64,000 nt of DNA, taken from assembly GCA_020536535.1 (NCBI GenBank), contig JAHLWZ010000222.1, forward strand, positions 124,001-188,000. The letters are read 5' to 3'. How positions within the stretch are numbered: position 1 is the stretch's first letter; every line of letters begins with the position of its first letter. The DNA comes from Pelomyxa schiedti (lineage: Eukaryota; Protista; Evosea). Below, piece by piece: positions 1 through 11,583 of the stretch. The notes under the pieces were generated by a model. That model was not told the origin of the DNA and ran no database searches. It was given only the letters and a program-made list of their open reading frames with translations. Made by a program: the position numbers and the translations under genes.

Positions 1-1011
1 GCACCGATCTGGATTGTCTATACACTGGAATAGATTTATGGAGGCTGTTGATCCATCTCTAAATTCGATCTGAGGGGCGGCAAACGCATCTCCTCTTACC
101 GGGGAAAGAATCTCATGTGCAGAGCTTCCACAGCAATGCTGCAGAGATTTCAACTTATGAACGTTTTGTAAGTATTTTGGAATACTCTTATCTTCTTGCT
201 TACTGCTTTCCATAGAGTTGTTCGGATTTGAAAAGAGTTTTGATAGAAAGTCCCCGCACACTCGGCACTGGTCAGGTGTGGCTCCGTCAGAAGACAATGA
301 CATAGCAATCCCTCTTGGGCCTACAATGAGCTCATCACACAATTCCCACTCAGACCGAAGCTTATTTTGTGTCTGAGGCGGGAGTATCACAGATATTTCA
401 TAGTGGGGATCTTCCACAAAGATAAGTATCACGACTGAGATGACCTGAATCAACTTCCAGTACAGCGGAAATAGGTGCAACAAGTTTTTATTCCAGTGGT
501 CTGAGGATACACTGGACTCTGGGTGCGAGCACACAAGGGCAGATACTTGGTACTCTCCTTCCGCAACCACCAGAGAACCTGCCTCCCCGTCGCTCGTCGG
601 CCTTACGGACTTCACAACCAGCGATCCAATATCCAAGTGCCTCTGCAGAGCCACAACGTTGAACAGAGCGAACACTTTCGGCAGGGCCACCTCCTCGTTC
701 ACGCCCTCGCACGTGACCACCAGCGTCTTGAGCGGAGCCACCGCCCTCTTGACTTTCCTCCCCCTGCCTGCATTTGCCCACGGCATTGCCCACCCACTGG
801 CCGCCTTCCCTGGTGCGCCATCTTTAGTACCACCACCACCACCACCACCACCACCAGTGCAGCTGCTGGGGCCTATCTGGTCATGGTCACCACTTGTGAA
901 CCCCTCATCATCACACAGCCTCCTTCTGAACTCTTCACTGCTGCAGTTCACAGTCTCTGCACCCAGTACCGGCGAATTCGCAAGCGACGACGATTGGGGG
1001 GTGTTCCCCAT
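1..1011 (-). CDS. Hypothetical protein, 5' part (at least 337 aa, runs off the window start); putative N-myristoylated protein
   Basis: Manual translation shows a stop-free minus frame from ATG 1011 to base 1 (MGNTPQSSSLANSPVLG...INLFQCIDNPDRC). It is absent from the ORF track because no stop lies in the window. Confidence 0.7.
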   Translation of the reverse strand, partial: MGNTPQSSSLANSPVLGAETVNCSSEEFRRRLCDDEGFTSGDHDQIGPSSCTGGGGGGGGGTKDGAPGKAASGWAMPWANAGRGRKVKRAVAPLKTLVVTCEGVNEEVALPKVFALFNVVALQRHLDIGSLVVKSVRPTSDGEAGSLVVAEGEYQVSALVCSHPESSVSSDHWNKNLLHLFPLYWKLIQVISVVILIFVEDPHYEISVILPPQTQNKLRSEWELCDELIVGPRGIAMSLSSDGATPDQCRVCGDFLSKLFSNPNNSMESSKQEDKSIPKYLQNVHKLKSLQHCCGSSAHEILSPVRGDAFAAPQIEFRDGSTASINLFQCIDNPDRC

Positions 1012-1360
1012 CAAAGTTTTTTTTGTTGTTTTTCTTTTGTGTTTTGTTTTTTTTGAGGTCTTCCTGTTTCTTTGTTCCTGTTCACCTCCACTTGGTTTTT
1101 TGAGAGGGGGTGTATCGCCGTAAACCCCATTCCAAGAACCCCTTGATTTTCTTTCTAGATGTGGCCCTAGTTTCCATCACCCCACAACCGGGGTTCAGAT
1201 TGGGGAAGAAAGTCAGATATTTATTGACGGTGGACGTGTGGGTTGTGCTCGTTTGACACCATTCCCCGGATGAGAGGCTCGGACTGATGCTAAGTTGGTT
1301 TTCCAAATAGATTTCGAAACGAAAACTTTTGTTTGTGCCCCAAGCAGTCAGAGGGGTCAG

Positions 1361-2159
1361 ATGATGACCGAGTGCGAGGCGTCCGTACCGGGTCCGCACG
1401 TAGGGACCGAGAGATTTGGCTACTTTGTCGACGATGCCACTCTGGGCATGCTTTTTCCGGCCGACGGTTCCAGAGTTCATACTTACTCCAGCATCGCGGC
1501 CGTGGTTAGAAATCGCTCAGCATCTGCCATTTTCGTAACTGTTACGTCTGTTGTTTCCAGCAAGGTTTCGTTCATTTCCAATCGAATCGAGCGCGACGGC
1601 CCAGTTACGCAATCCAATTTGACGAATAGCTAGTTATTCCACTCCAGCGGCTCATCCATTGCGCCTGGGGAAAGATTTGAGTTGGCAGCGATAAATGAAA
1701 AATTCCTAATACCGTCTCCCATTAAGCTACTTGCTAACGCTCTGTGGATGGGGCGGGATTGTGAAGTAGAAGTTGTCGTACGAGGGAACTTTCATGATGT
1801 CACCCTGCGACTTCAGTCGTATGATTCGAAACTTACACTTCATGTTTTGTCTAACAACCTCTTATTTACAAGAGGTTTTGGAGGGCACGTGATGATTGAC
1901 ACAAAAGGGATAGCTGACAATCCTCCAATAGTGCGAGGTACGTGGACACACGGCGGTGTTACCGTTCAGTCGTTTTCCAACAATGGGCACCAGCTAACTG
2001 CTTCCATTAATATCCTGTAAGTATGCCCATCTCTATTTGTAATTGAGCTTGTGAAGGCCTCCTGGAGAAACGTTATACGAGTGCCAATTACCATACCCAA
2101 GAGAACTCCCACACCACCCTGCTGATGGTGAATTTACTGTAGATGAGGAAGTAACTTGA
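1361..2159 (+). CDS. Hypothetical protein (spliced)
   Basis: ORFs 1295-1633 and 1682-2020, then a GTAAGT...AG intron at ~2017-2077 leading to ...ADGEFTVDEEVT*. No family recognised. Confidence 0.4.
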
Positions 2160-2289
2160 TTGTTATCTTAAAGAGGGACTGTATTTTATTTTTCTTTCAC
2201 TCTGTGTCCCACTGTAAAGAAACCACAAGAAGGACCCCTCCAAAAAAAAAAAACCTTGATTTATAGGTTTACAACTTTTTTTTCCACTG

Positions 2290-3134
2290 TTAAAAATTCT
2301 TTGAAACCCATTGGATAACAGAATCCATAAGCTACATAGTTTGTGGGTGAGAAAAAGCAAGAAGAAGAAAACAGTAGAACCCACCTGAGTCTCCACATTG
2401 TTAAGCTGGTGGTTCCCGTGTTCAAGTACAAGGAAGTCATGCACACACCCGATGCCCTTCTGGGCCTCCATCCAGTGCCTCACATACGCAGGCGGCACAA
2501 TGTCGTCCTCGCCGCCGTGCACGACCAGCACCTTTGACACCTCGCCCGGCCGCAGGGAGCACTGCGACGCCGTGGAGTGGGCGGCCTCGAGGTCCTGGAA
2601 GAACCCCCACGCGAGCCTGGGCGCCACGCCCGGCCACAGCATGCACGAGTCCGCGGGGAACTGCAGCCACCCCGAGGCCCGCCACGCGTCGACGACCATC
2701 TGGCCCGTGACCCCCGGCGCCGCGTTGCACAGTATCGCGAGCGAGCGGTCCTTCTGCGTGTACTCGGCGAACTCGACCGCCGGCGCGAACAGCACGAGGC
2801 CGCGCACGGGGCACGCGGCGGCCTTGGCCGCGGGCGCCAGAGTCTGCAGGTACCTCAGGGCCAGCAGCCCGCCGCACGAGCTGCCCATGAGGACGACCGG
2901 GGCGCCGGGGGCCAGCGCCGCGGCCTCGGCCAGCGCGCGGTCAACCGTCTCCATCCCCTTGGTGATGGTGTACGACTCAAGGTCCTCGGCGCGGGGGTAC
3001 AGGTCCAGCGACACCAGAGGGCCGAACTTGGAAAGGAGACTGCGCATCACCTGCGCCTTGTGCGCCTTTCCGGATGATAGAAGCCCATGCAGGTAAACGA
3101 AACAGCACTTGTGGGTAGCGCCACCGGTAGCCAT
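2290..3134 (-). CDS. Alpha/beta-fold hydrolase, YqiA/YcfP (UPF0227)-like esterase
   Basis: YLHGLLSS oxyanion motif, GSSCGG nucleophile elbow, VVHGGEDDIVP acid, HGNHQL catalytic His. One 3' intron (~2338-2383) gives ...WVSKNF*. Confidence 0.85.
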
Positions 3135-3267
3135 TTTTTTTGTGTGTGTGTTTGATAGGGTTTCCACGAAACTCCGTTAAAAAGGATGGTTTGAGAATCT
3201 CAATTCGGTTGTTGTTTCCGTCAATTGTACACAAGTGCTCACTCAATTGACACCGGTTGGTGTTGCC

Positions 3268-5677
3268 TCAGAATTTGGAGCTGCTGTGGGTGTGTGGGTG
3301 CTGGTGTTGTGTTGTGCCGCTGGATATGGCTTGCAGGCCATTACCGACTACACTCTGCCGCTGGGTGTGTGGAGTGTACAGCATATCGGGAAGCGAGCTG
3401 GATGTTGAGGCCGGTGGTGGGTAGGCGGTTTGCCTTGTAGTAGCACTGCAGCGGAGTGGGTCCGGCCTGGGATATGAGGTGGTAGTGTGTCTGGCCAAGT
3501 TCAACTGCGGAACGGTCTGCTTGGTGGATATTGTTGCAGAGGACAATTTCATACCAAGACCGGGTGTGAGGGTGTTGGAGAGAGAAAGACCGAGTGTGTC
3601 CTGCAGGTTGAGTGCTGGGACTGACATTTGTTGTGTGGGCGTCATTAGGTGCATTGAGGAAGTGGGACCCATTGGTGGTGGTACCGACGATCGAGGGGGT
3701 GTGTACTGCGGGCTGAGAGGGGGCTGGTTCATGGATGGCGAATCCGGGCGGTGAGGAAAAATGGGGAGCTGAAAGGAAGTTTGTGTTCCGTGTCGAATTT
3801 GAGTTGAGGGAGTTTGATCTGCTGTTCGCCGGGGTGTTTGCTTGGAAGAGCTCGAACCGGAGGACTCAAAAGCCATGGAGTCCGGCGGAATTTTTTCACC
3901 AGAGAACTCTGGATCATCTTCACACGAGATGAGGGAACTACATGAACGACTGGACATGGTTGAGACGCTGGAGGTTGTAGAAGCAAAAGAGGAGTTTGGT
4001 GAACTGCCTAGTTGACCCTCGGATGAAGGATCATAGAGGATCAGAGGTGGTGGCGAACCGGCCGTTGCATTCGCGTTTTGAATTGATCTGAGCAGCATTG
4101 GGCGTAGAGATGGAGCATCTGGCAGAGGTGCCAGTGGTGACATCATAGGATTTGAAGAGAGAGGAACCCCTCCTGAATTTTGTCGAACTAGTGTTTGAGG
4201 GGACATATCACTCACAGAGGGTCGAGGAGAAAAAACTCCCCCATTTGAAGAAGAAGAGGAAAATGAAGAAACAGACATATTAGAACCAGTCGAAGCAAAG
4301 GATGAATACTGTGATTCACCAAACCCATCTCCACTGGCAGAGCTTCTGCTAAGAGGAGAGACAGTGGCGGAGACCCGACCTTCGGGGGGATTGGTGCGTT
4401 TGTTATTTGGTGGTGGGGTGTAATCATTGTGATAAGGACCATACAATGTGAGTGGTGGAGGGCTTGAGGATACTTGTTGGCCTATGTTGACATGATGAGA
4501 GGTAGCTGAGGGTGAAATGGAAGTTGCCGACGCGCATCCTTTTGAGGCAGAGAAGCTCGAGTGAGGGGACGTTGATGACGGAGGGTGTTGTAGGCGCGTG
4601 CTCATATGTTGTACTTCAGGAACTGGGGTTGGGATAAGTGACGGTTTTGGTGGAAACTGTGGAACTGGCGACACTGGGGGAGTGGAAGGTCGTGAGAAGT
4701 AATGCATGTTCTTTGGAGAATATGTTTGTTCGTGTGGTGGCGAAGTTGACGGTGATTCCCGGTGAAGAGAGGAAGTATAGCACTGATTTGGCTCGGGGGG
4801 GGATGAGGGAAATGGTGATATGGTGTCTTCTCTTGGATGTTTCTGGAACGTGTATGAAGTAGGCCCTGGCGATGTAGGGGGGGTCGGCAGTGCCTGTGAC
4901 ATTTGGGAGTCTTCTGTTTCACTTGGTGGAAGTAATATTGCAAATCCAAAAAGTGGTGGGGGAAGTGCTTGTGGTTGTGATTGTGGTTGTGACTGTGATG
5001 TTGGTGCCTTTCTGAAGGATTGCGTTAAGACATCAAAATGATCACCACAGAATAATAGGTAATCATTTGTGTAAATCCACGACTTGAATTCAAGGGCCCT
5101 GGAGAAAAAACGACCTTCAAACACTCGGAGTTGTTGGACAGTCAAACCGGCTATACGTGCAAAATCGTTGTATGTGTTACAATCAAAGTCGTCCATAAGA
5201 ATCCTGAGTTTAGAATTCAGCAGTGAAATTGGAACGAAAGGCGACGTAACTTAGAAGCAATTAGAATTGAGAGTAAAGCAAAGGCGTAAACAGTTTCCGT
5301 AGTGAACGGTACTCGCCCCGCACATCTATCGATAAAAATACAAGCGAATACAAGCGCCGATCTTGGCACACGCCTATCTTTCGTAAACCTGCACGCACCA
5401 CGTTAAACGGAGGTGTTGGTAGGTAGCTAACAAACCGGAAAAAGAATTCCTCTATTGACTTCTGGAGCTCCGACTGCGGCATGGGAGAGGGCTCGAAACA
5501 AGAATTCGCACTGAGTGAAATGCGTCTCGCGCTACCTGTCGGAGATCTGCAGTTCGCGTGTGGCGGGGATGAGTCTCGTAGAGGTGCCGCTGTCGTAAAA
5601 CTGCCGTGTAGGGTGTGCGGATCTGGCAAGCGGTAGTTTAGTTTTGACACGAAATAAGCCGCCACCTGCGCCTCCAT
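3268..5677 (-). CDS. PHO80/cyclin-P(U)-type cyclin with a long S/P-rich disordered tail
   Basis: Cyclin-box motif MDDFDCNTYNDFARIAGLTVQQLRVFEGRFFSRALEF; upstream exon MEAQVAAYF...SIEEFFFRFVSY. Confidence 0.7.
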
Positions 5678-6084
5678 CACCCCTTTCCGTCTTCTCTTCT
5701 GTTTTGTTTTATTTTTGCTTTTGATGATGTTAAGTTTTTTCGAACGAGCAAGAACAAGATCTCCGCTTTTGCGTTGTGATGGACAACTGTTTCCCCGAAG
5801 CCGGGGGAACATTCCGTTTTGGCAATGACTGCACTCCCCTTTGGGAACGAAACCTCTCCGCCAGATGCACATCACTCACTTCGGGCTGTTTACACACCCC
5901 CGAAGTGAAAAACCTCAAAACTCTCTCGTCTTGGCTGCTGACACGACGAAAATTCCCTTGATCTGATGAATACCCCACGTGGGGGTCTTTGGTTCTGGCT
6001 TGCACTTTCGTCCTTCATCACATTCATCCACTGATCGCCGCTTCGCACTTTCCCGGAATATGAACAGTTCAAAAGAATGTTGCT

Positions 6085-9000
6085 TTACATATTTTGGCAA
6101 TCGTCAGGATTGTCCTGTTGTTGTGGTTTGTTGAGTCTGTGTTGAGATACGGCTCGTTGTCTGTTGGAGTAGTGGTGTGCGGATGATGGGGACATTGATG
6201 GATTGGATGCAGACAGGTAGCTGGGTGCTACTGCTGGTGCAAATGTGGGTGTGGTGCTGCCTGATGGTTGGTGCGTGTGTGTAGTGGATAGAGAAGACCG
6301 TTTTTTGATTCTGAAGGAACTGCTGACGGAGTTCTCTGTGCTTGAAATACCACCGGGAACGATAATCTTGGAGTTGGCAAGTATTTTTAGGGCAGAGGAG
6401 TCTCCGGAATGTGCTTTGGTAAACAACTGCTCACACAGCAAGTATAAAATGAGGTCGATGTTGTTTGTACCTAGGAGGTGTTGTGTTTGCTGATATAGTG
6501 TCGGGGGTGGAGATACCTGAACAGGAAGTTTCAATGTATGGAGCTTTCACTCCAGATGGAAAGCATGTGGCTGCAAAGGTTATCGCATCTCTTAATGCGA
6601 CCTAGAGAAACTTTGAGGAAGATGTTTGACAGTAATATTAAGACTAAAAAGAAGATATCGTGCCTGTCGATGGTCCCACGTATCACATTTGTTCCCAACT
6701 AAGGCGCAAGGCGGGATATAAGGCATAAAACGAAATACTTCTGTTGTCCACTGCTTAACATCGAGAAAGGATGTTGTATCAGCAATATCGAACATGAAAA
6801 TGATCCCATGAGACCCGGCAAAGAACCTAGCACACCAATTTTTGGGATCTTGAAAACAAAATTCTCGAACATACGTGGAATTATTGATCACACCTCCCAA
6901 TGATGTGTTTGTGTACAAGGATAATAAAATGGGCTATTAACAAAAGGTTAAAAAGGAATTAAGAAAATTTAATCAGTAACCGTTTTCTGAAATACAATGA
7001 ACTTGGATGATTTAAATGTCTGCGGAATTGGGTTTGAATCACTCTCAGTGGAAAATGTTCTAACTGTCTTTGGTGAGAGAGAAGCTGATACACGAAAACT
7101 CAACTGAATGTAGTCTTTCCAACACCAAGATTTCCTACCACTGCAAATTTCAGTGAGTGTATATCTCCAGTCTCTCCCATTGAGAGACCACTCGAATTCC
7201 AGTCCAGCACAAGTGTTTTTTGTCGTTGGCCAAAGGTACAGGCATGGTAAACAAAAGATTCCTTTTTTTTTTTATTGATTGATTGATAAGAAAAGGTGGA
7301 GCTATAGTAATGCAAGCTACCATTGATTGACCAATATACTCCCAGTACTTCACATTTTTGTGCATGGAAGAAATTAACTTGTTGAATAATTTGGAAACCC
7401 GTTTCAGGACAAAAGTTTGAACAGTAGGAACGAACCAAAGAACTCTTGCCAATTGCTCTTCAGAGAGATGGCAAAGACATTTCTATGTATGAAGAAAAAA
7501 AAAATGATGAAACTTTCAGGTTGATCAAGCAAACCTTTTGGCAATTGGCATAACATAGCTCAGTTATTGGTGCGTTTCCTATTTTTTGGGCCAGTGCATA
7601 TGGAGATCCGATTTTGGTAACGATCTGCCATAAATAATTTTTTTTAGAAAGAAGGGGGAAAAGAAATGTATACATCAGGAAGAGCGCCAGCAGAAAGGAA
7701 TAATTTCACTTGAGAGAGTGATGATATATTTACAGCATAGTGCAATACTGTGTAGCCATGATTATCGATGGCATTTATGTCATCAACGAGGCGGGTCAAT
7801 TTTGTACAAGCTGCGATATTTCCTGCGCGAGCTGCAAAGTGCAAAGGTTTCTCTCCTGTTGATTGATATTTCAGGTTTTAGATATGGTTTTAAAAATTCT
7901 TCTCTCAAACCTGAGGTTGTTTGTTTGTTCACGTTGCATGATTTTATCAGGCAATCCAGTAATTTGTTAAAATGGGGATTATTTTGTGTGTAGTCATTTG
8001 GGCAACGACAGAGGTAGTGGAGTGGGGAATTGTGGCTCGTTGTAGAAACTTTTAAAGAAGCTCCTTTATTTATCAAGAATAGTGCTGTCTGACTCAAGGA
8101 ATCGATAAGAGAGGAGCTGTTAACTTGTTTGTCACTCAAACCTCACAGTTTCGAGGGTTTAGAGAAGCGATGGCAGAGAGTAAAGGAGTCCAGCCATGTA
8201 CATCAGTAACTTCAATATTTGCCCCACGAGAGAGTAGCCACTTAAGAAGAGTAATATTCCCAGCATAACTTGTCAACATACATCAGATGAAAATGTTCTA
8301 ACAAATTGATTGTTTGATTACCTGGCTGCATGCATGAGGGTCTGCCCTTCAGCATCAGGTTCATCGATGCTCATTGCAGGCCCATTTGCAGGCTGGAGGG
8401 CATCGGATATGAGTTTCTGTACTGCAAGTGTGTTTGCCTCAGAGGAATTTGTCATTATGGATTCCATCAGTGGTTTTAGGGTTGGGTGGACTGTCGTCCT
8501 CTGGAATATGATTACTTGTACTTTCGAACCTGGTTTCTGCAGAGTGGAGTTGAGTTCCAACACCAAGAGGAAGACTACAGTACAGTATTTTCTCTATCAA
8601 ATTTGACAAGTAAAATGTCCCCAGAAAGTGTGAGCAGACTTGGTGCAATACGCCGTGGCTCTGGAACTTCAGTGGGAGAAGATAGAGGTGGTAGTATCCA
8701 CCCCACAAAAACTGGATTGAGGTACGAATTTTTTAGTGGAAAATACAGAGGGAGGTTTCTTCTGCCAAAAAAAAAAAAAAAAGTATAAGCACTTTCGACT
8801 TAGTACAAAGAATTCACACGGCGTAGATCGGCCAATTTCTTCTGAATTGGGTGCATTTGAACCCCCAGAATTAGATGGTAGATGAGGCATTACAGAGAAT
8901 GGAAACTCGCCAAACGAAGCTCGCGATGGGACAGTGAAACAGACTGTAGAAAGGCTGTCACTAAGTTTTCGCTGTGCTTCCCGTAAGGACTTGAGTGCAT

Positions 9001-9413
9001 CCTTACCTATTGTAATGAGGGGTGGCACAAAGCAAGAACCACTGTACAAGCATCTTTTCCAGCATTTTCTGTTACAATGGCCTTGTGTACAGCAAATCTA
9101 CTCCTTGTGCTCTGTGTGCCGACTGACCCTTTCCCGTATCCTGCATTAATCTACATGCACGTACCAATGAAAAACTGAAAATCCAAAGGAGGGGTAAACA
9201 CCTTACCTTGTTAATATACAAAGAGAGCAAATCCGTTTTTGCCTTCAAAAAGCCGTACTCCTGTTTCACATACAATGCCTCCGACTGCGTCAAAACATCC
9301 GCGCAGCGCTCTTGTTGTAGTTGCTGCGGATCTACGACCACCCCACCGCCCACACTATCCCCACAGATCTTAGTTGTAAGTGTTACGTTCCCCTCTACTA
9401 CAACTCCTGTCAT
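6085..9413 (-). CDS. Ankyrin-repeat protein probably fused to a C-terminal atypical Rab/Ras-like GTPase with a CaaX end
   Basis: Ankyrin motifs GQTLMHAA, NSPLHYLC, LHFAARAGN, GYTVLHYAV. GTPase G1 GNLGVGKTT, G4 NKCD, G5 ETSC; C-terminus CQNM*. A phase-0 GT-AG intron at 7320-7262 joins the two parts. Confidence 0.7.
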
Positions 9414-9546
9414 CCGATCAGAGGACGAAGCGGCTCCTCAATCAGAAATAAATAATAAAAAATTAAAATCCCCACTGCTGTTCGGAGAATGGCGTTTTTT
9501 TTGGGAACACCACTCCTTCCTAGAGAGGAATTCCCTCACCAACGAA

Positions 9547-10749
9547 ATGCAAGGCCAGAGCCCGGCCCCGGGGCGGACCGATGTTGGCGTGAAAGTCACT
9601 GTGTCGGCTCGTGAGCAATTCACGTCGTTCATGATGTCATCACACAGCCGGTGCGGGAGAGACAGCGGCGCACGGCTCTTGGCCGGCAGTGGCACGGTCT
9701 CGCGCTCATTGTGGGACGGTTTATGTGGCTCCTCGCGCTCGTTTGGCATCCTGATGCGTGGTTGGAATGAGTTCGAGGACGGATACGAAGCCCTGAGGTT
9801 CACGGTGTCCCCGGCTACTCTCGGCGTCCTCCCGCCGTACCCTTGCGTCTGTCGCGCCCGCCGATCAGACTTATGGGCTTCCCCGCGCCACCGCATCACT
9901 TGGGGCCTCGACAACGAAAGGTCCACGGAGAAAGTGTACGTTGAGGACGTGGACACCGGTGGGACACCCAGGAAGACTCTGTTTACAGACCCTCGTATTC
10001 ACACGATTATGAATTCCGTGGATCAGGCCACTAATGGACACTGGTGGATTTTACCGGTTACGTCGAGCAAAGGGGACAGAACAATTATCGTGGAAAACTT
10101 GGATGATGAGGAACCTGAGAGAGGTGCAGTTATTGTCCAGCTGCCTATTGAAAGGAATCAATATGTGAGCTCTGTTCAGTTCAGCAAGGTGAATCCGGAT
10201 GAAGCTATTCTGTGCTTTCACCTTGGGGAGAGGGAGGGAGTAATACTAGTTATGGACGTATCTAAGACATTTGTGACGAAAACCTTTGTGCAAGTTAGAA
10301 AAAGGACAATGAGTTTCCCTTACAGCACCAGCGACTCGGATTTTTCACCACTGCTATTGAAGAAGAGAGATGGTGCAAATATATTAATTGTGGCAGTCAG
10401 ATATCAGCGAACCACTGTAATATATTCTCTGGAAGAACGGGATTCATCAGTTGTGGCAAAAATAGGAAAATTGGTTACCATGCCCCTGTTTCGACTTTCT
10501 GAATCGATGTTTTGTTGTTCCTTCGAACGCCAGAGGGAAGAAATATGGGATTGCAATGACCTTTCTGCACCACTGAAATTCATAGACCGCGGAAGGTACA
10601 CCATGGTTTCTGCAGAATCAGGATTTATCTTTCTGGTGGACTGCTACACTGTGACAGTGTTGGAAGAGGCTTCCCGTTATGTTGTTCTCTCTGTTGAAAT
10701 CCGCAAATGGGATGGCTTGGCAGTCACCAAAGTGTTCTCTTTCCCATGA
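9547..10749 (+). CDS. Intronless lineage-specific hypothetical protein (beta-rich)
   Basis: 400-aa single ORF from ATG 9547, with N-terminal SAREQF..FMMSSHSRCG..S.AR motif. Confidence 0.75.
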   Translation: MQGQSPAPGRTDVGVKVTVSAREQFTSFMMSSHSRCGRDSGARLLAGSGTVSRSLWDGLCGSSRSFGILMRGWNEFEDGYEALRFTVSPATLGVLPPYPCVCRARRSDLWASPRHRITWGLDNERSTEKVYVEDVDTGGTPRKTLFTDPRIHTIMNSVDQATNGHWWILPVTSSKGDRTIIVENLDDEEPERGAVIVQLPIERNQYVSSVQFSKVNPDEAILCFHLGEREGVILVMDVSKTFVTKTFVQVRKRTMSFPYSTSDSDFSPLLLKKRDGANILIVAVRYQRTTVIYSLEERDSSVVAKIGKLVTMPLFRLSESMFCCSFERQREEIWDCNDLSAPLKFIDRGRYTMVSAESGFIFLVDCYTVTVLEEASRYVVLSVEIRKWDGLAVTKVFSFP

Positions 10750-11158
10750 AACCACAACCTGTGAAGCTATCAACATTCTTTGGTGCCAAAACTTTTGGTT
10801 ATATGGGATTGCAATTACCTTGCAACCCTACTGAATGTGGAAACTATACCCATGTTTCTGTGGATTCAGGAATACATAGAGGATATACACATCTTTCTGA
10901 CGGCTGCACCGTCACCTTGTTATATTTTTGCTGTTGGAATTCCCTGTTGGCATAGACCGTGAAGTAGGCCCCAACTTGGCGATTCATCCTCAAATTGTTT
11001 AGGTGCACACCACAATCTTCATTTCGCGGTGAGTCTGCCATTTCTACTTCAGAGAGTGTCGGTTTGCCCTTTCCGCGAACTAGGAAAAATTAAATTATTT
11101 TGATAATTTGCCACCCTTCGGATAGGCGGAGCGAGTTTTTTTTAAAAAATTGAAAAGT

Positions 11159-11548
11159 ATGTGGGCCACAACCACGACGACGTCGTCGCAACCGCAAGGC
11201 ACCCCTCTCGCCACGTTGTCCTACGCGATTCCAACTCCCCAGCAGGCGCAGTTGCAAGTTCGCACGCAACCACGCACGCAACTGCAGCCGACGCCGCCCC
11301 CCCAGGTTTCCCTGTCCGTGTCGGCGTCGGCGACCGGGGCGCCGGTCGTGGCCACTAACTTGGGCCCTCCTCCCTCCACGGTCGCGCAGCAGGGGTTTCC
11401 CCTGGCCTTCCAACAACCACCCCCGCAGCAACCACAGCAACCACCACCTATGCAAAATATACTCCCTCCCGGATCCCAATTCCAACAGCAGCAGGAACTC
11501 CTCGTGCTCCAGCAACAAATACTCCAAATCCAGAGGCAGCAGCAGCTC

Positions 11549-11583
<35 letters not shown>

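Noticed and set aside
488-1123. ORFs 523-1056 (+), 659-1123 (+), 488-793 (-) and an apparent plus-strand intron at 168-215
   Set aside because: Better explained as shadows of the uninterrupted minus-strand ORF 1011-1.
2398-3096. 232-aa and 166-aa plus-strand ORFs
   Set aside because: Antisense shadows of the GC-rich hydrolase exon, with no motifs.
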